Assembly: GCA_951406725.2 (NCBI GenBank)
Contig: OX597818.1
Span: 73,966,001-74,030,000 of the forward strand
DNA length: 64,000 nt
Direction: 5' to 3'
Source: Octopus vulgaris
Lineage: Eukaryota
The translations under genes were made by a program, and so were the position numbers. Position 1 is the first letter of the stretch. Each line of letters starts with the position of its first letter. Under the pieces are notes generated by a model. That model had not been told where the DNA came from. It saw nothing but the letters and a program-made list of their open reading frames with translations, and ran no database searches. Positions 1 to 13,947 of the stretch are shown here, piece after piece.

Positions 1-404
1 GAAGAGGGAAGTGAATTACTGTTAGGTAGAGTGAATGACCAGATGTATAATAAATGAAACAAATAGATGATGGGGAGAAGATAAATTTAAGGTCAGTGTG
101 AAAGGGGGGGCAGTAGTGCTGAGGGAGTTTCACTAAGCAAACAATAAACCCGTTAAGGATATTAGCCTATCATACCGGAAGGCTGGAAGATATTTTATCA
201 AAACATCTTCTCCAGCATATATAACAATGACCATTAAATATTTCAGCTGCAACAACTGCACATTGCTCTGTATGCCATTATAGCTCCTCGTGGCTGCAAT
301 TTCATCAAGAGTTCATTATTTTTGACGCTTTCAAAGTGAACTAATTTGTATGTATGTATATATATATAGTTGAAAAAAGATAAGAGATGTATACAAATCA
401 TATT

Positions 405-712
405 TTTATATAAAAGATGGAGATTGAAATTGCACAGAAGTAAGAGGGAATTTAATAAAAATGATTTAAAAAATGATATAATGAAAATATTACCGGTTTC
501 GTCAATATTGGGTCTGAAACATGTTCTTGAAGATAAACTGCTTTTACTTCGATTTTTTTATAAATTTTTACTGATATTTCATGAGATGAAATTCATCGAA
601 ATCGGTAATATTTTCTATATATAATTTTTAAAATCATATTTATTAAATTCCCTCTTAAACTGAAAAGACTTAGACTTACTTCTGTGCTATTTCTACATCC
701 ATCTTATATAGA
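405..712. mobile_element. Fold-back non-autonomous element (PLE-terminus-like), copy 1
   Basis: aagatggagattgaaattgcacagaagtaag..agggaatttaataaaaatgat..gaaaatattaccggtttcg is mirrored by cgaaatcggtaatattttc..tttattaaattccctct..cttacttctgtgctatttctacatccatctt. Confidence 0.7.
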
Positions 713-767
713 GAGAGAAAGATGGATATACTGATGGATATACTGATGGATAGATAAATATAAATAT

Positions 768-798
<31 letters not shown>

Positions 799-1179
799 CA
801 TACATACATACATACATACATACATACATACATACATACATACATACATACATAAATACATACATACATACATACATACATACATACATACATACATGCA
901 TGCAACTATGCAGACATATGCATGCATACATGCATAATCAAATATAAATATGTCCATATGTTCATATTTATACGTATCATTTTATGCATTATTCGAAGTA
1001 ACAAACTTGGACCATACCAAAAAGAAATGAACTGTTTTCTGTATTTGAGACAAGTAAATAGGATTAAACAGTGTATATAGTTAAAACAGTATTTCCATTT
1101 CAGAACGATCAATATTCAGTCCATTGTTATGAGACAGAGGAAAAAGAAAGGAAGAAATAAAAAGTGAATTGTGTATATA

Positions 1180-1390
1180 TATGGCTCATAAGGTTTGGTT
1201 TTCCCGATTTCGTGGCGTGTACATGCCCATCACTCGCATGTATACTCATTTTCAACAGCTGAGAGGACTGGAGCAACATGAATTGATACGTTTTACTCAT
1301 GAACACAACGCATGACCTAGTGCACGAATCGAAGCAGCAATCCAATGATCGTGAGTGCAATGCCACTGCGCTGCGCGGCTCCACAGACAC
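1180..1390 (-). mobile_element. Degenerate tRNA-derived SINE
   Basis: The reverse complement has a decayed tRNA-like head and the body tgttcatgagtaaaac..tttcatgttgctccagtcctctcagctg, similar to the SINE at 60566-60810. Confidence 0.6.
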
Positions 1391-1449
1391 ACACATCATC
1401 TGTACAGTATACTCCTTTACTCATCTGTACAGTATACTCCTTTACTAGC

Positions 1450-1545
1450 TAGGGTACGGGGACGAAAACACACAAGCGTCGGTTGTCAAGCGATGTTGGG
1501 GTGGGGGGAAACACAGACACACAAACATATATACACACATATATG

Positions 1546-1590
<45 letters not shown>

Positions 1591-1640
1591 GACGGGCTTC
1601 TTTCAGTTTCCATCTACCAAATCCATTCACAAGGTTTTGT
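1450..1640 (-). mobile_element. Internal fragment of the abundant SINE family (cf. 22945-23355)
   Basis: Contains cggggacg..cggttgtcaagc and gggcttctttcagtttcc.tctaccaaatcca.tcacaagg, both shared with the full copies. Confidence 0.7.
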
Positions 1641-2172
1641 GAGCTATTTATCTCTTTTAAAAGAGATAAAATTATTTCCTTCACCAAGAGAAATTTGGCA
1701 AATCATGTCATATTAAACAGATATTTCAATGCTGCAGTGAGTCAGGAGGAAAAATAAGTACAAAAGTTGGGGAGGTGAAGGAGAATATATGCAATGTAAG
1801 AAGGATGAAGTCGAGTGAAAAAAGTAAACACAAGAAGAAGGGGTGATTTCCTGTTAGGAAGGGTGAGTGACCAGATGTAGAATAGATGAAACAGATAGAT
1901 GATGGCGAGAAGATAAATTTAAGGTCAGAATGAAAGGGAGACCCAGTGGTGCTCAGGGGGTGTCAATAATCAAACAATAAATCCGTTAAGGATAATAGCC
2001 TATCATACCGAGAGGCTGGAAGATATTTTAATGAAACATTTTCTCCAGCATATATAACAATGACCATCAGATGTTTCAGATGCAACAACTGCACATTGCT
2101 CTGTTATGTATTCTAGTCGCTACAATTTCATCAACAGTTCATTACTTACGATATTATCAAAGTGAACTGATA

Positions 2173-2207
<35 letters not shown>

Positions 2208-2254
2208 GTGTGTGGTTGAAAAAGATTAGAGATGTAGACAAATCAAATTCTTAT

Positions 2255-2565
2255 GTATAAAAGATGGAGATGGAAATAGCACAGAAAAGGGAATTTAATA
2301 AAAATGATCTTAAAAATTATATAAAGAAAATATTACTGCTGTCGATAATAAGGGGGGTCAAGAAGATGTCTGAAGCATGTTCTGAACCCCAGATGGAAGA
2401 TGAACTATTTTTACTTCAATCTTTTCCTAATTTTTACTGATATTTGGTAAGACGAGATTCGTCGAAATCGGTAATACTATCTAAAATTAATTTTTTAGCA
2501 TTTTTATTAAATTCCCTCTTAAATTGAAATGTCTTATACTGTGCTGTTTCCACCTTCACCTAAAT
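2255..2565. mobile_element. Fold-back element, copy 2
   Basis: Same inverted arms as 405-712 (agggaatttaataaaaatg / catttttattaaattccct). Confidence 0.65.
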
Positions 2566-2610
2566 ATATATATATAGAGAGAGAGAGAGATACATACATA
2601 CATACATACA

Positions 2611-2701
<91 letters not shown>

Positions 2702-2739
2702 GTATGTATATATGTATATATGTTCTTCCCCATCCGTTC

Positions 2740-2945
2740 GCTCATAAAGTTTGGTATTCCCGATTTCGTGGCGTGTACATCCCTATCGCTCGCATGAATA
2801 CTCATTTCCAACAGTTGAGAGGACTGGAGCAACAAGAAATGATATGTTTTGCTCATGAACACAACGCATGACCCTGTCCACGAATCGAAACACCAATCCA
2901 ATGATCGTCAGTGCAACACCACTACGCAACGCGTCTCCACACAAA
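2740..2945 (-). mobile_element. Degenerate tRNA-derived SINE (duplicate of 1180-1390)
   Basis: Collinear with 1180-1390. Confidence 0.6.
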
Positions 2946-3940
2946 CACACACACACATCTCCTATACTATATATGACATATTTTGTATAAATCTATCCGT
3001 GAAAGTTCTAATTTCTTCCCTGTTAATATCTTTTCAGATCAAGATCCAAAACTAACAAGATTTTCAAACTCTTTCAACATTTTCCTCGTACCAGAATATA
3101 TGTCATATGTTCTCACCTTTCCTTTCAGATATCTAATATAGACAGAGACATACACACTCACACACACATGCACATCGTGTTAACTTCACAGCAGCGAAAG
3201 TTAATAATTAATTGCAGTAAATTACCTTAGGCGTCATCTTTATAATGATATTTCTTTGTTGAATTGTTAGAATGGCTAGCAGTGAAACAGCTGACCACAG
3301 TTATTTAGTAAATGGCAGCTTGAATTTTCTTTAATTAATGGAAAACATTTTACTCTTCATGAAGAACACACGGACAATAGCTAAATGTACTTAATGATGG
3401 TTTTGATGTACCATTAATGGAACGATTTGTGAGCTGCTAACCTCTTTTAAAAGATGTATAATGAGATCGAAAGTTGTGGATTAATTTAAATGGACAGTGC
3501 TGTTCCAGAGGACTGTTATATTTGGATATTCAGAGATATCGTATTTCTTAAAGTATCCCGTTAATGTTCGTTTGGGTGTTCGACAACCGACATTACATTT
3601 ACTTAAATTATGTAACGCCAGCACTACTTGTTCTTCCGTTCTTCCTTTTTTATTTACAACAGAAAAGCATGAAATTCTTAATTCTTCATTTAATAAATAT
3701 CCCTATTCACATACAAAGACAAGCACAGACACTAGAAAGCAGAATATATTTAACTATCTAAAACTGATTCCTAGCTTCGGCAACAATTCCTGCCTCTTTC
3801 TCCGATAATGCAGATAACGTGCTAATGTTTCCCAAGGTACTGGAGATGTAAGCAAAATAAGTTTGTCATACATTGAATTCTAAAGCCATTTCGTACCATA
3901 CCATTTCCATAGCTTTCATATTTTATTATTCATAATAATA

Positions 3941-4145
3941 AGGCGGTGATCTGGTAGAATCGTTAGCACACCTGGCAAAATGCTTCGCTTTTACCTTTTG
4001 AGTACAAACTCCGCCGGGGTTGACTTTGCCTTTCCTCCTTCGGGATCGATAAAATATGAACCAGTCATACACTGGGGTCGATGTTATCGACTATCCCCAT
4101 CGCCCAGAATTTCAAACTTTCTGCATGTTGTAGACAGAATTATTC
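3941..4145 (+). mobile_element. SINE-like repeat (aaggcggtgagctggcagaa family)
   Basis: aaggcggtgatctggtagaatcgttagcac..gttgactttgcctttcctccttcgggatcgataaaat..actggggtcgat. Related copies at 12200-12770, 17975-18175, 47190-47460, 48065-48240 and 52355-52480. Confidence 0.75.
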
Positions 4146-5032
4146 TTAATAATAACTGAATACCACATTGTATAGATTTTTAAGTAATATAAAGTAATCT
4201 ATGATAGAAGCTACGCATATTTAATAAAAGGTATGAGTTATAATTTGAAAATTTTAATCGGTTTGTTCTTATTAACATAAGGAAATTGAACTTTCTATTC
4301 CACGTACATAAACCTTGAAGCTTTGGCAATTTTAAGTTCCAGTCTTCCATGATGGAATAACCGAAATACTAGATACATTGTAAAAAATTCAACTTTTCAT
4401 GTTCTTGCTTAGCCATAACAAATAATGATCTGAAATGAGGTTGAAAGTTATATAGAATAAAATGTAATTTTCTATCGTCTAAAGTATATCTATATAATAC
4501 TTAAAGACGAAGCCATTCATAACCGTGTGTATTACACCATACTACAAGCCACCTTTTCCCAATACCACAGTAGTATAAGTCAGTGTGTTAAGTTGAGATA
4601 AACTAACAACGAATGGTTCAACTAATATACTCTTCTAACAAAGAACTACAGCACTCCATTCCTAATGTGCGAAAAATCGATATTGCGACAACTAGAATGA
4701 CAATTGTAAACGGCGCAGAAGTGAAGCATATAACAAAATATTGAACTAGAAAGTTGCACCTGACTAATAACTCATATCTTTGTTAGCAAGGGCAAAATCT
4801 CAAGTATTGCGAGATTATCTGATATCGTCGGGTTTGCTATGAGTTTTAATTCATTCCTTCGAAGATAATATTTGTAACGTAACTGGAGGATCACGAATAG
4901 AGGTGCTATATTATTTATTAATGTCAACTACAACTATATCAACAAGAAAATAAAACAGAATTTATCATTATTTGCATGCGTATATAAATATGTATGTGTA
5001 TATACACGCATATTTATATATATACTTTTAAT

Positions 5033-5098
<66 letters not shown>

Positions 5099-5909
5099 TG
5101 TGTGTGTGTATGCATCTTTACATTCATGCATACAAGCACACAGATCCACACACACACACATACTTATTTGCATACATAGATTACAATCCCCCCCATATGG
5201 TATATATATATATATACAGAGAGAGAGAGGGAGAGAGAGAAAGAGAAAGAGAGCGAAAGAAATAACAAATATATGTGCGACTGTATGCGTGTATTTGCGT
5301 GTGTGCGAGCGCAAAACTGGAAAGACAAATATGTAATTATATGCACCTCTAAACACGGATAACGCATATAAAGCAGTGTTGTAAGTACAAACTAATCTCA
5401 CTAGTGGCGCCGTAATAGCGGTATGACAGAAACAGCAACGGTAAAAACTAGAATGATCAGAGCTTGTGATAAAATAGCAATCTAAATTATCATTCATAAG
5501 TGATCGACGAAAATAATTTCCGGTAAATGAGAGTGACTGTAAAAATATCTAAGTGACTGGAGAACTGCCTCACATAGCTATTCACATCATATACAATATG
5601 TGTTAAAGTTTAGAGATATACGCTGATACAATTTATCATGTTGCAGATAATGGATTGCTATGATTATAAATGAATCTTACAAAGAATGGGACGTATTATA
5701 TATGGAATACTGGAAGATCAATTTAACGGATGTCTGAAAGTGAAATCGGAGATATGATATCAGAATTAATTAAGCATGTATATTTATGTCAGTGAGTGTG
5801 TGCGTGCGTGAGTGTGTATGTGAGACAGAGAGAGGTTGACAAAAAGGCAGAGAGTGCTAGATGCTAAAAACACATTATAAACATACACGTATACACATAA
5901 ACACACACA

Positions 5910-5976
<67 letters not shown>

Positions 5977-6225
5977 GCATACATATACAGAGAAAAGAGA
6001 GAGGGTCAATAGATGAGGTCCAGAGATTCTCGATCTGGTAAACAATACCGCTCAAATGATTTGAACTTACACTCCGAAACCTTTACCGAGGACGAAGGCT
6101 GTAGGGTAAAGCGTGGTTATAAGAGGAATCAAACTGAAGAGATATGAAGACAATGATGCAAATAAACAGATAAAATTGCTTGGATTTGATATACAAAATA
6201 CAGACGTTGATATATTGATAGAGCA

Positions 6226-6320
6226 CATTATTTACATTATTTACAATTGACGGATATTTGTCCTTATCTTGTTAATTTTTAACACAACGTTTCAGCTGAT
6301 ATACCCTCCAGCCTTCATCA
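6226..6320 (-). mobile_element. Truncated PLE-terminus-like repeat with partial hammerhead core
   Basis: Minus strand reads TGATGA-AGGCTG-gagggtatat-CAGCT-GAAAC-GTTGTGTT. The 5' C of the core and stem I are missing. Confidence 0.45.
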
Positions 6321-6859
6321 ACACCACTAAAATCAACCCTATGGGTGAGTAAAAGTGGATGGTATCAGAGGTGAAGGGAACACGACCAAGTATACGGCAT
6401 AGACTAAATTCAGAGTCAAACGCAGGTGTTATTCAAATCATTTATACTTACTTTCAACATATGTCTCGAAAAAAGGATTGAAATTATTCCGGAGGAGTAA
6501 AAAATGATGGAAAACAATGCAATCATCTCGTTAAGGAAAAAGGAACAAAACACATCGATAAGCCATTTTAACCGAATGTGATTATCGCGTATGTATGTAT
6601 ATGATGTAAAGAGAACGGTAACAAGTTATTTTGTTTTTAAAAACCGTTAATAGAGAAAGAGGAGGAGAAAGAAAAAATTAACAGAAAATTAAGAGTGGAA
6701 AAATATAGTGTGATAGATGGATGGGAATAAGGTTTAAAAGTGTAGAAATAGATATATGTTGCGGAAATGAGATGTAAGAAGACAGTTAAAGGTCGAATTT
6801 TATAGATTGGTAGGAATTACTTATGGAACTTAAGGTATGTTTTTGCAAATGTTTACACC

Positions 6860-7500
6860 GGTAAACGCGTTCTTTAAACGGGTTTACAAGAGTATTCTCC
6901 GAGAAAAGGATGAGAAATTGCTCTTCATTACAGAGCGAACAAAAATATATACTTTTGTCATATGGAAAACCGAATTGTTTATTATGTTTCTTTAGAGACC
7001 AAATTAATTTACAAAGCCCAATATTATTGCGTTTATTGATATATCTAAATGCAGAATAATTGTTAGATATTCTTTTCGACAGCTAAATCGATGTGCTACT
7101 TATATAAAAATTACATCAGACCCGAAAGTAATTTTACATTGATAAACAGAGTTTCTAGTCTTAGAATTACTGCTAAGAAAAGGCATTCGATTCGAATTTA
7201 TATCAGAAATATTAATATTGTCGTTATCATTGTTCAAAGAATGATTAGACTTAACAATATCACTGTTATTATTTTCATTAAGTGGGTTTATATTTAACAA
7301 CATATGGTTATGCGAAAAAAGGACTCGTGAAAGGTTTTTGGTGTTTGAAAAACCTGTCCTAATTCGGTGTAAATTGATAATGGAATTGTATCTGTAAATT
7401 TTTGGAAAATTCTTATCTATAGCTTCACAAAACTGATAGGGAGATTTGATTTAATCTGTTTCTCAAATGGAATGATCAAACAAATTGTTTTACTAGAACA
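6860..7500 (-). pseudogene. Frameshifted PLE-type GIY-YIG endonuclease region
   Basis: Manual translation across frameshifts: KTICLIIPFEKQIKSNL..IDKNFPKIYRYNSIINLHRIRTGFSNTKNL..SHN, Asn-rich linker, NSVYQCKIT..YISST..RISNNYSAF..GLCKLIWSLK..CSLCNEEQFLI. This follows the PLE linker/GIY-YIG pattern. Confidence 0.75.
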
Positions 7501-8124
7501 CACCTTGTTCTTTGTGTAATTATTTTTAAAAGTCCTATATATATGGTGGTGGGGTACACACTCATAAATTTTGTGAAAGAGAATAACAGACGTATTAGAA
7601 ATTAACTTGTGTCAAATCACAACTAGAATACTACACTTTGGAAAGTTGTAGATTTGTTGCGTGTTGATAAGGAAGCTGGCGAAAACAAGACAACCGACAG
7701 CCACGAGTGACTCTGGCCAATTTCAGAATGATCCATACTTTATTCAGACTAGCTTTACTTAGTTCTTCCTGATTAACCACGGAGGAGGTCTGTCGAATCT
7801 TTGCCTTGACATAGTTTTGAAAAAGCGATCAATATCCGAGACCGGTTATGTACTAGATTACAATTACTTAAGTCCAGTTTGTCAAGCCTGCATGTTGCAC
7901 AGCTCTATCATCTATCGCAGCAAAATTTTGTGTTAGATTTATCACGTATTCTTTTCAAGACATTTCTGTGAGAGAAAATTACTATAGTGAATGAGGCGTG
8001 CAAAGAGCAGCACTCTTTTTCAGACAGATCTGTTTAACCTCCCCTTCCCCTTTGTCTTAGCACAGGCTGTTTTGACCGGAAGCTAAGAAGTCATCTGGAT
8101 TTATAAACAAGTTTCCTTCTTCTA

Positions 8125-8530
8125 GACCACTGGTTCTTAACTAGGGCCCATATAACACCTGGAGGTCCATAGAGAATTTTATGGGCCCCATGCAGACAAA
8201 ATAGTAAATTGAAGATTCGCAGCAGGGATTTAGTCTAGATGAAAAAAACTATGCTTTAGATATATATACTCCAAGAAACAACTAAGTTTCTTATTCCAGG
8301 GCTTAGCATAGTTCAACATGTTTACAGCGATTGAAACACGTTCTCTCTCAGATTGCAACTTCAAACATATATAAGTGAACGTCTGTTAAACAAAATAAGA
8401 AGTTGGAAATAAGTATATATAAAACTATATTTTAAATATCGAAAGGTTATGTGGTTTCATCAGAGTAAAGTAGTAATCAAAGTGGTACATAGATAAAACA
8501 CGCTTCAGAAATATTGGTTGAGAATCTGTC
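8125..8530. mobile_element. Possible decayed hAT-like non-autonomous DNA element
   Basis: Ends cactggttcttaact.. and ..ggttgagaatctg resemble CAGTGGTTCTCAACC-type TIRs. Confidence 0.35.
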
Positions 8531-8628
8531 TAGAATCTAAACAGATTTCTTCTAGCTAGAATTAGGAGTCCTTCATTCCCCTGGGGTTCTACGGCGCGCT
8601 CAATCGAGTATTTCCTTGCATAAATGTG

Positions 8629-8672
<44 letters not shown>

Positions 8673-11165
8673 TGTGTGTCTGTGTGTGTGTCCGTGTGTG
8701 TGCGTGTGTGTGTGTGCATGTGTGTATATGTGTGTGTATTTGGCACTAGTCCTAACATTTGTTTGCTCTGTTCTTTTGAAGTAGTTTGTGTCGTGTTTTT
8801 GCTCAACTTGCAGCTATTTAAAATGGTAATAACCTTTTTCTTGACTTCATTTTATAGTAGTTATTCCTAACATCGAAAAAATTACGAACGTTAATAGCTG
8901 TATTTCTAGGTAATACAAAGTCTACAATGTATAATATATAATATTCAATATACAATATATTGCTATGGATACGTTTACTCGTAAAGAGTAAATATGTTTT
9001 CAGTATATTCACTGTAGGACTATGAAATAAAAGAGAGATAAAAGAATGTGACAAGGAAAGATGGAAAAATGTAATATTAATGCGTGGAACAATGTTTGTT
9101 TACTAGTGTATGCTTTTGAAACACACTAAACAAAGCTTACATGTGAATGGTTATTTTAGTTGTGTACTACGTTCTGTTCAAATAAACAAGTGATAATTTC
9201 CAACAATACTTTGATATCTGACTGACACATTAATGATATTTGAGAACTATCTTTGATAATGAATATTCCCTTCTGTTCCTGAACCAAGTTGTAATTCTAA
9301 CAAACTGCCTCATATATATTTGAATATTTTGAAATAAATTACAACCCCATGATATTTATATCTCAAGATAGGTTTTCTAGTAACGTGATCTAAAACAAAC
9401 CAAAGATGGAGCCTCAGCATGCAAGAACTAGCGACCAAGTTTTCGTCAAATTATATATGCATCATTAGAAAAGGAAATGTACACACTGGATAGTGTAATC
9501 TTGAATCTAGTAATATTATAGACTAGCCATGGCTGGTCCGGATGCCATGGGTACCGATTAGAGTTGACTTAGACTTAGCAAGAACTAAAACAACATATTG
9601 CAAGGTGAATACTCGTCCAGTGCCTGCAAAGAACCGTCGAGATGCTTTATTTAAAGTGATATATGATTAAATGCTTACGAGCTTCTCACCCAAATATGAA
9701 ATCCCATCTTCCAACCTACACTTCAGCAATGTGGATAGATAGGTCTAAAACTACCATTGCTGCAAACATTCCGTCAGCTATGACCCTAAACTTCTGAGAT
9801 TGAATGACATGTAGAGTGCACATGCCATTATACATACAAGCTACATACACCAGTATACATGTTGGGTACAAACACGCCATTATATATAAAGTGACAATTG
9901 TCAGGAAGTGTTCTTAATCTCTCTATTCTTTGATTTTACCAAAGCTTTGTCAATAATCTTTAGCTAAGAGTCCTGAAGTATAACGTATTCAATATATCAA
10001 TGTATTGTTTGAATACATCGTTTGCCATTTCTATAGTAACGTGCAGCATCCACTGAAATACAAGCATATATCAAATATATTGAATCACATTCTCTCCACA
10101 TCCAAATGACTTCGCTTATAATAATAAAAAAATATTTTCAATTAGGTTCATTCCTTTTATGAATGGAATGAACGATGGCCTTACGCAATACGTCACACTA
10201 AATATTGTTGTATTTTCCTGGATGTAAACTGATATAATACCAATCATACACATTATTGATTATGTAGCATGATTACATCTGGCTCTAAAAGGCATTTTAT
10301 AGATTCTATTAGCATTCAGTATGTAGCACTGTTTTTTCTCTTAATGTTTGTAATTTAGAGATGCATGTGCTGTATACTTCGTTCAAGGCAATATATAGAC
10401 ATTTACATAAACCCTATCGGTTTGGTGTAGGATGATCACAGAGAAGGTGTTACCGAAGGGAGAAAAGCTGGAATTAATAGCTGAAGTTGCTAGGCTTTGA
10501 CTGGCGTATGAACATCTACATTTGGCAACGAAGTAACGCTAATGTCCCATTAAACGTGCATCCATAATAATTACGGAGAGTATATCCACGGGGACAGATG
10601 CGAATCAGTGACAACTATAGTGTCAAATACATTTGGCCTTAAAATATTCAGATGTTTCCTGCTTTGGTAAGGAAATGAATCAGTCCATTCTTAGTTCACA
10701 ACGCCACAAATCAAGGTAAATACAGCTCCATCTATAAAGGGAATATATTATAACAGCTGAAGTTATTAGAGGCATAAACAATATAAGCTAAAAGGTTTAG
10801 TTGCATTTTTTAAAGCAATAAGTTCAATCAAGTGAGAGAATACGAAGTGAAATACGGTTTCAGATTATAATAGTATGATATTGTAGCAAGAATGTAGCAT
10901 AAATCTTGCGCCGAAAACGTCGTTCTGTCTGCAGAAACATTTTCAAATTTCAGTTGAAACAAATCTCTCTCCTTTCGTTCCACCAATAGTAGTGGATTAT
11001 ATCTAATACAAGTCATTTATTACTGTAACCATATTCACATTAACCCCTGGCCCTGAGCCAACATCTAGGAAATATGGCAGATCTTGAAGTAGATAATGTT
11101 AAGTCAATTAATGCGCGTTGCGTCAGTCAAAATATGTCTCTAGTATGGTGGGTTGCTTTCCCTAC

Positions 11166-11197
<32 letters not shown>

Positions 11198-11974
11198 ACT
11201 AAGTGTAGGGAAAGCATATATATATATGATTATAAGGAAAAATATTTCCTCCAATGGATAGACTTCACTTTGAAGTGCTCAGGATATTAAATTTGAGGTG
11301 TTAGAATAATGAAGAAGTAGGAAACAAAGTTAGGCAAATCAAGTTCACTCAGACATTTATATTTATTCTGCCATGGATCCAACATGCACGAATTTCTCTG
11401 AAAGTATATTTCATAGATCAGACATAAAAAATACATAGATATGTAAAAATATATAGAGTAATCAATACATTAAAAATATAGATATCAAAATATATAGATG
11501 CATGGATATATACACTAAAAATATATTGAGATAATAAGTACATATATAGGTTGACTTACAGATTATAAAACGAAGTCATAAAATGAGTTAAGAGTCTATA
11601 AGATAAAAAGTTTGGGTATTACTAATCCAGTAAATAATCCTACAGCCGTTTCTGGAGTTCGGTTGTCCTGTCATACGAAAGACATTTACATCCATTAGGG
11701 AAAATAAGTACTGTTTTTTCAAATGGGAATTACCTACTGACTGTTTTTATAGTGTATTTATGAAAAGACGTGGGAGTGGAAGTGGTTTTGAGTGGTTGGA
11801 GGGGGAGATACAATTCATGTTATGATAATGGTTCTCTAGGTAGAGGAGGGGAGTGTTGCATTATTTTACAGAAAATGTTTCAATCGCTTTGTTCGACTAA
11901 AGGAGGTACTCCAGCAAGGCTGCACTCAAATGACTGAAACAAGTAAAAGAATAAAAGAATAAAAAAATATATAA

Positions 11975-12014
<40 letters not shown>

Positions 12015-12199
12015 TTTGCATGTGTAGTTACAAATATTATAACCCATTTGATCTTGTTCAGAAACATGGTTAGACACATCACTGAATGACGTTCAGTTCA
12101 AGGCCTGACTGTTTCAAAGTGCACTGAGTTAATTAAACTGGTGTAATTCGTAAGACGATTGTCAGCCATATATTAGTAAAATGAAGAATGTGAGGAATA

Positions 12200-12772
12200 T
12201 TCTTTTCTACTCTTGGCAAAAGGACGGAAATTTGCGGGACGGAGGCAATTGATTACGTCGACGCCAAAGATGCAACTTGTAATTAACTTATCGACTCCAA
12301 AAAAATGAATAGCAAAGTCGACCTCGTTGAAATTTGAACTCAGAGCATAAAGACAGACGAAATACCTATTTCTTTACTACCCACAAGGGGCTAAACACAG
12401 AGAGGACAAACAAGGACAGACAAACGGATTAAGTTGATTACACCGATCCCAGTGCGTAACTGGTACTTATTTAATCGACCCCGAAAGGATGAAAGGCAAA
12501 GTCGACCTCGGCGGAATTTGAACTCAGAACGTAACGGTAGACGAAATACCTATTTCTTTACTACCCACAAGGGGCTAAACACAGAAGGGATAAACAAGGA
12601 CAGATAAACGGAGTAAGTCGATTATATCGACCACAGTGCGTAACTGGTACTTCTTTAATCGATCCCAAAAGGATTAAAGGTAAAGTCGACCTCGGCGGAA
12701 TTTGAATTCAGAAGGTAGCGGCAGACGAATTACCGCCAAGCATTTCGCCCGGCGTGTTAATGTTTCTGCCTT
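12200..12772 (-). repeat. SINE-derived tandem array, 183-bp unit (two clean units plus one diverged)
   Basis: tatttctttactacccacaaggggctaaacacaga..gtcgacctcggcggaatttgaa..agacgaa(a/t)tacc at 12368-12550 and 12551-12733, with a diverged unit at 12200-12367 and the SINE 5' part at 12733-12772. Confidence 0.9.
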
Positions 12773-13364
12773 AGTATGTGAGGAATATTATGATACTCTG
12801 GTCACTTGTAGATAAATTGTCTACATTGGTATTTTACGCTCAATCAAACCTTCTTGTAGCTAATTACTCACAAAATTCCCCAGAGGCTAATTAAAAGAGG
12901 CACAAAAATCTATTGAGTGAAACGATTCATGAAAGCCAGAATAAAGGTCTTGAAATTTTCAGATTACTCTCAAAATGGAACGAACAGACCAATCCACCTC
13001 TGCTCGGAATGGGAAATATCTTACACTCGGTCTCAACAGCGTTGTATGTTCTCCCACATAATCTGATGTATACAGAAATATGTTGTTTGGTGCGTAAAAA
13101 ATACTTATATCACGACACAATAGATAGCATATATGCTCGAGGATAGAGTCAGTGGAGACGTTTTGTAACGTAACGATAACAAAGAAATCAAATCAAAAAT
13201 AATTCGTAAAAAAAAATGTTTAAGAAAGATAATATACAAGTAGCGAGGATGGAAGTTCAATTTAATATGGACAGTGAGCGGTCATATAGTGAGGAATTTA
13301 TTAAAATTCAATTTTAGAACCACAGTATGATTCTATATTGATATACCCAGACACACACACATAC

Positions 13365-13570
<206 letters not shown>

Positions 13571-13747
13571 CATAGAAACATACACACATACACATCAATC
13601 AACCGTCTATTCTCCAGATCAATATTTAATTATATTGGCTTCTGGCAATCATGCTGGCATATAATTGAGAAGCAATTTTTTTTTGTATTTTATTTTCATA
13701 TAATATTCTTTTTAAATGTATAAAGAACATTCAATTTTCTAAATTTT

Positions 13748-13908
13748 TATTATTATTATTGTTGTTGTTATCGTCGTCGTCGTCGTCGTCGTCGTTGTTG
13801 TTGTTCTCCTTCTTCTTCTTCTTCTTCTTCTTCTTCTTCTTCTTCTTCTTCTTCTTCTTCTTCTTCTTCTTCTACTACTACTACTACTACTACTAATGCT
13901 TCTTCTTA

Positions 13909-13942
<34 letters not shown>

Positions 13943-13947
13943 GATTA

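Larger units (their letters stand above)
1..2960. repeat. Diverged local tandem duplication (copy 1 ~1-1395, copy 2 ~1835-2957)
   Basis: 1-345 aligns by eye to 1835-2170 (e.g. gaccagatgta..gatgatgg.gagaagataaatttaaggtcag), 370-715 to 2215-2570, and SINE 1180-1390 to 2740-2950. Order and orientation are the same. Confidence 0.85.

Noticed and set aside
568-612. Hammerhead in the first fold-back (ctgat..gaaatcggta)
   Set aside because: The core is too decayed in both copies to call as a feature. Used only as weak support.
10400-10750. Possible very old LINE 3' remnant or exon
   Set aside because: Only a faint resemblance. No motif could be read reliably.
12368-12733. Regular repeats that might suggest a CRISPR array
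   Set aside because: Contiguous 183-bp units with no unique spacers, SINE-derived, in a eukaryotic context.
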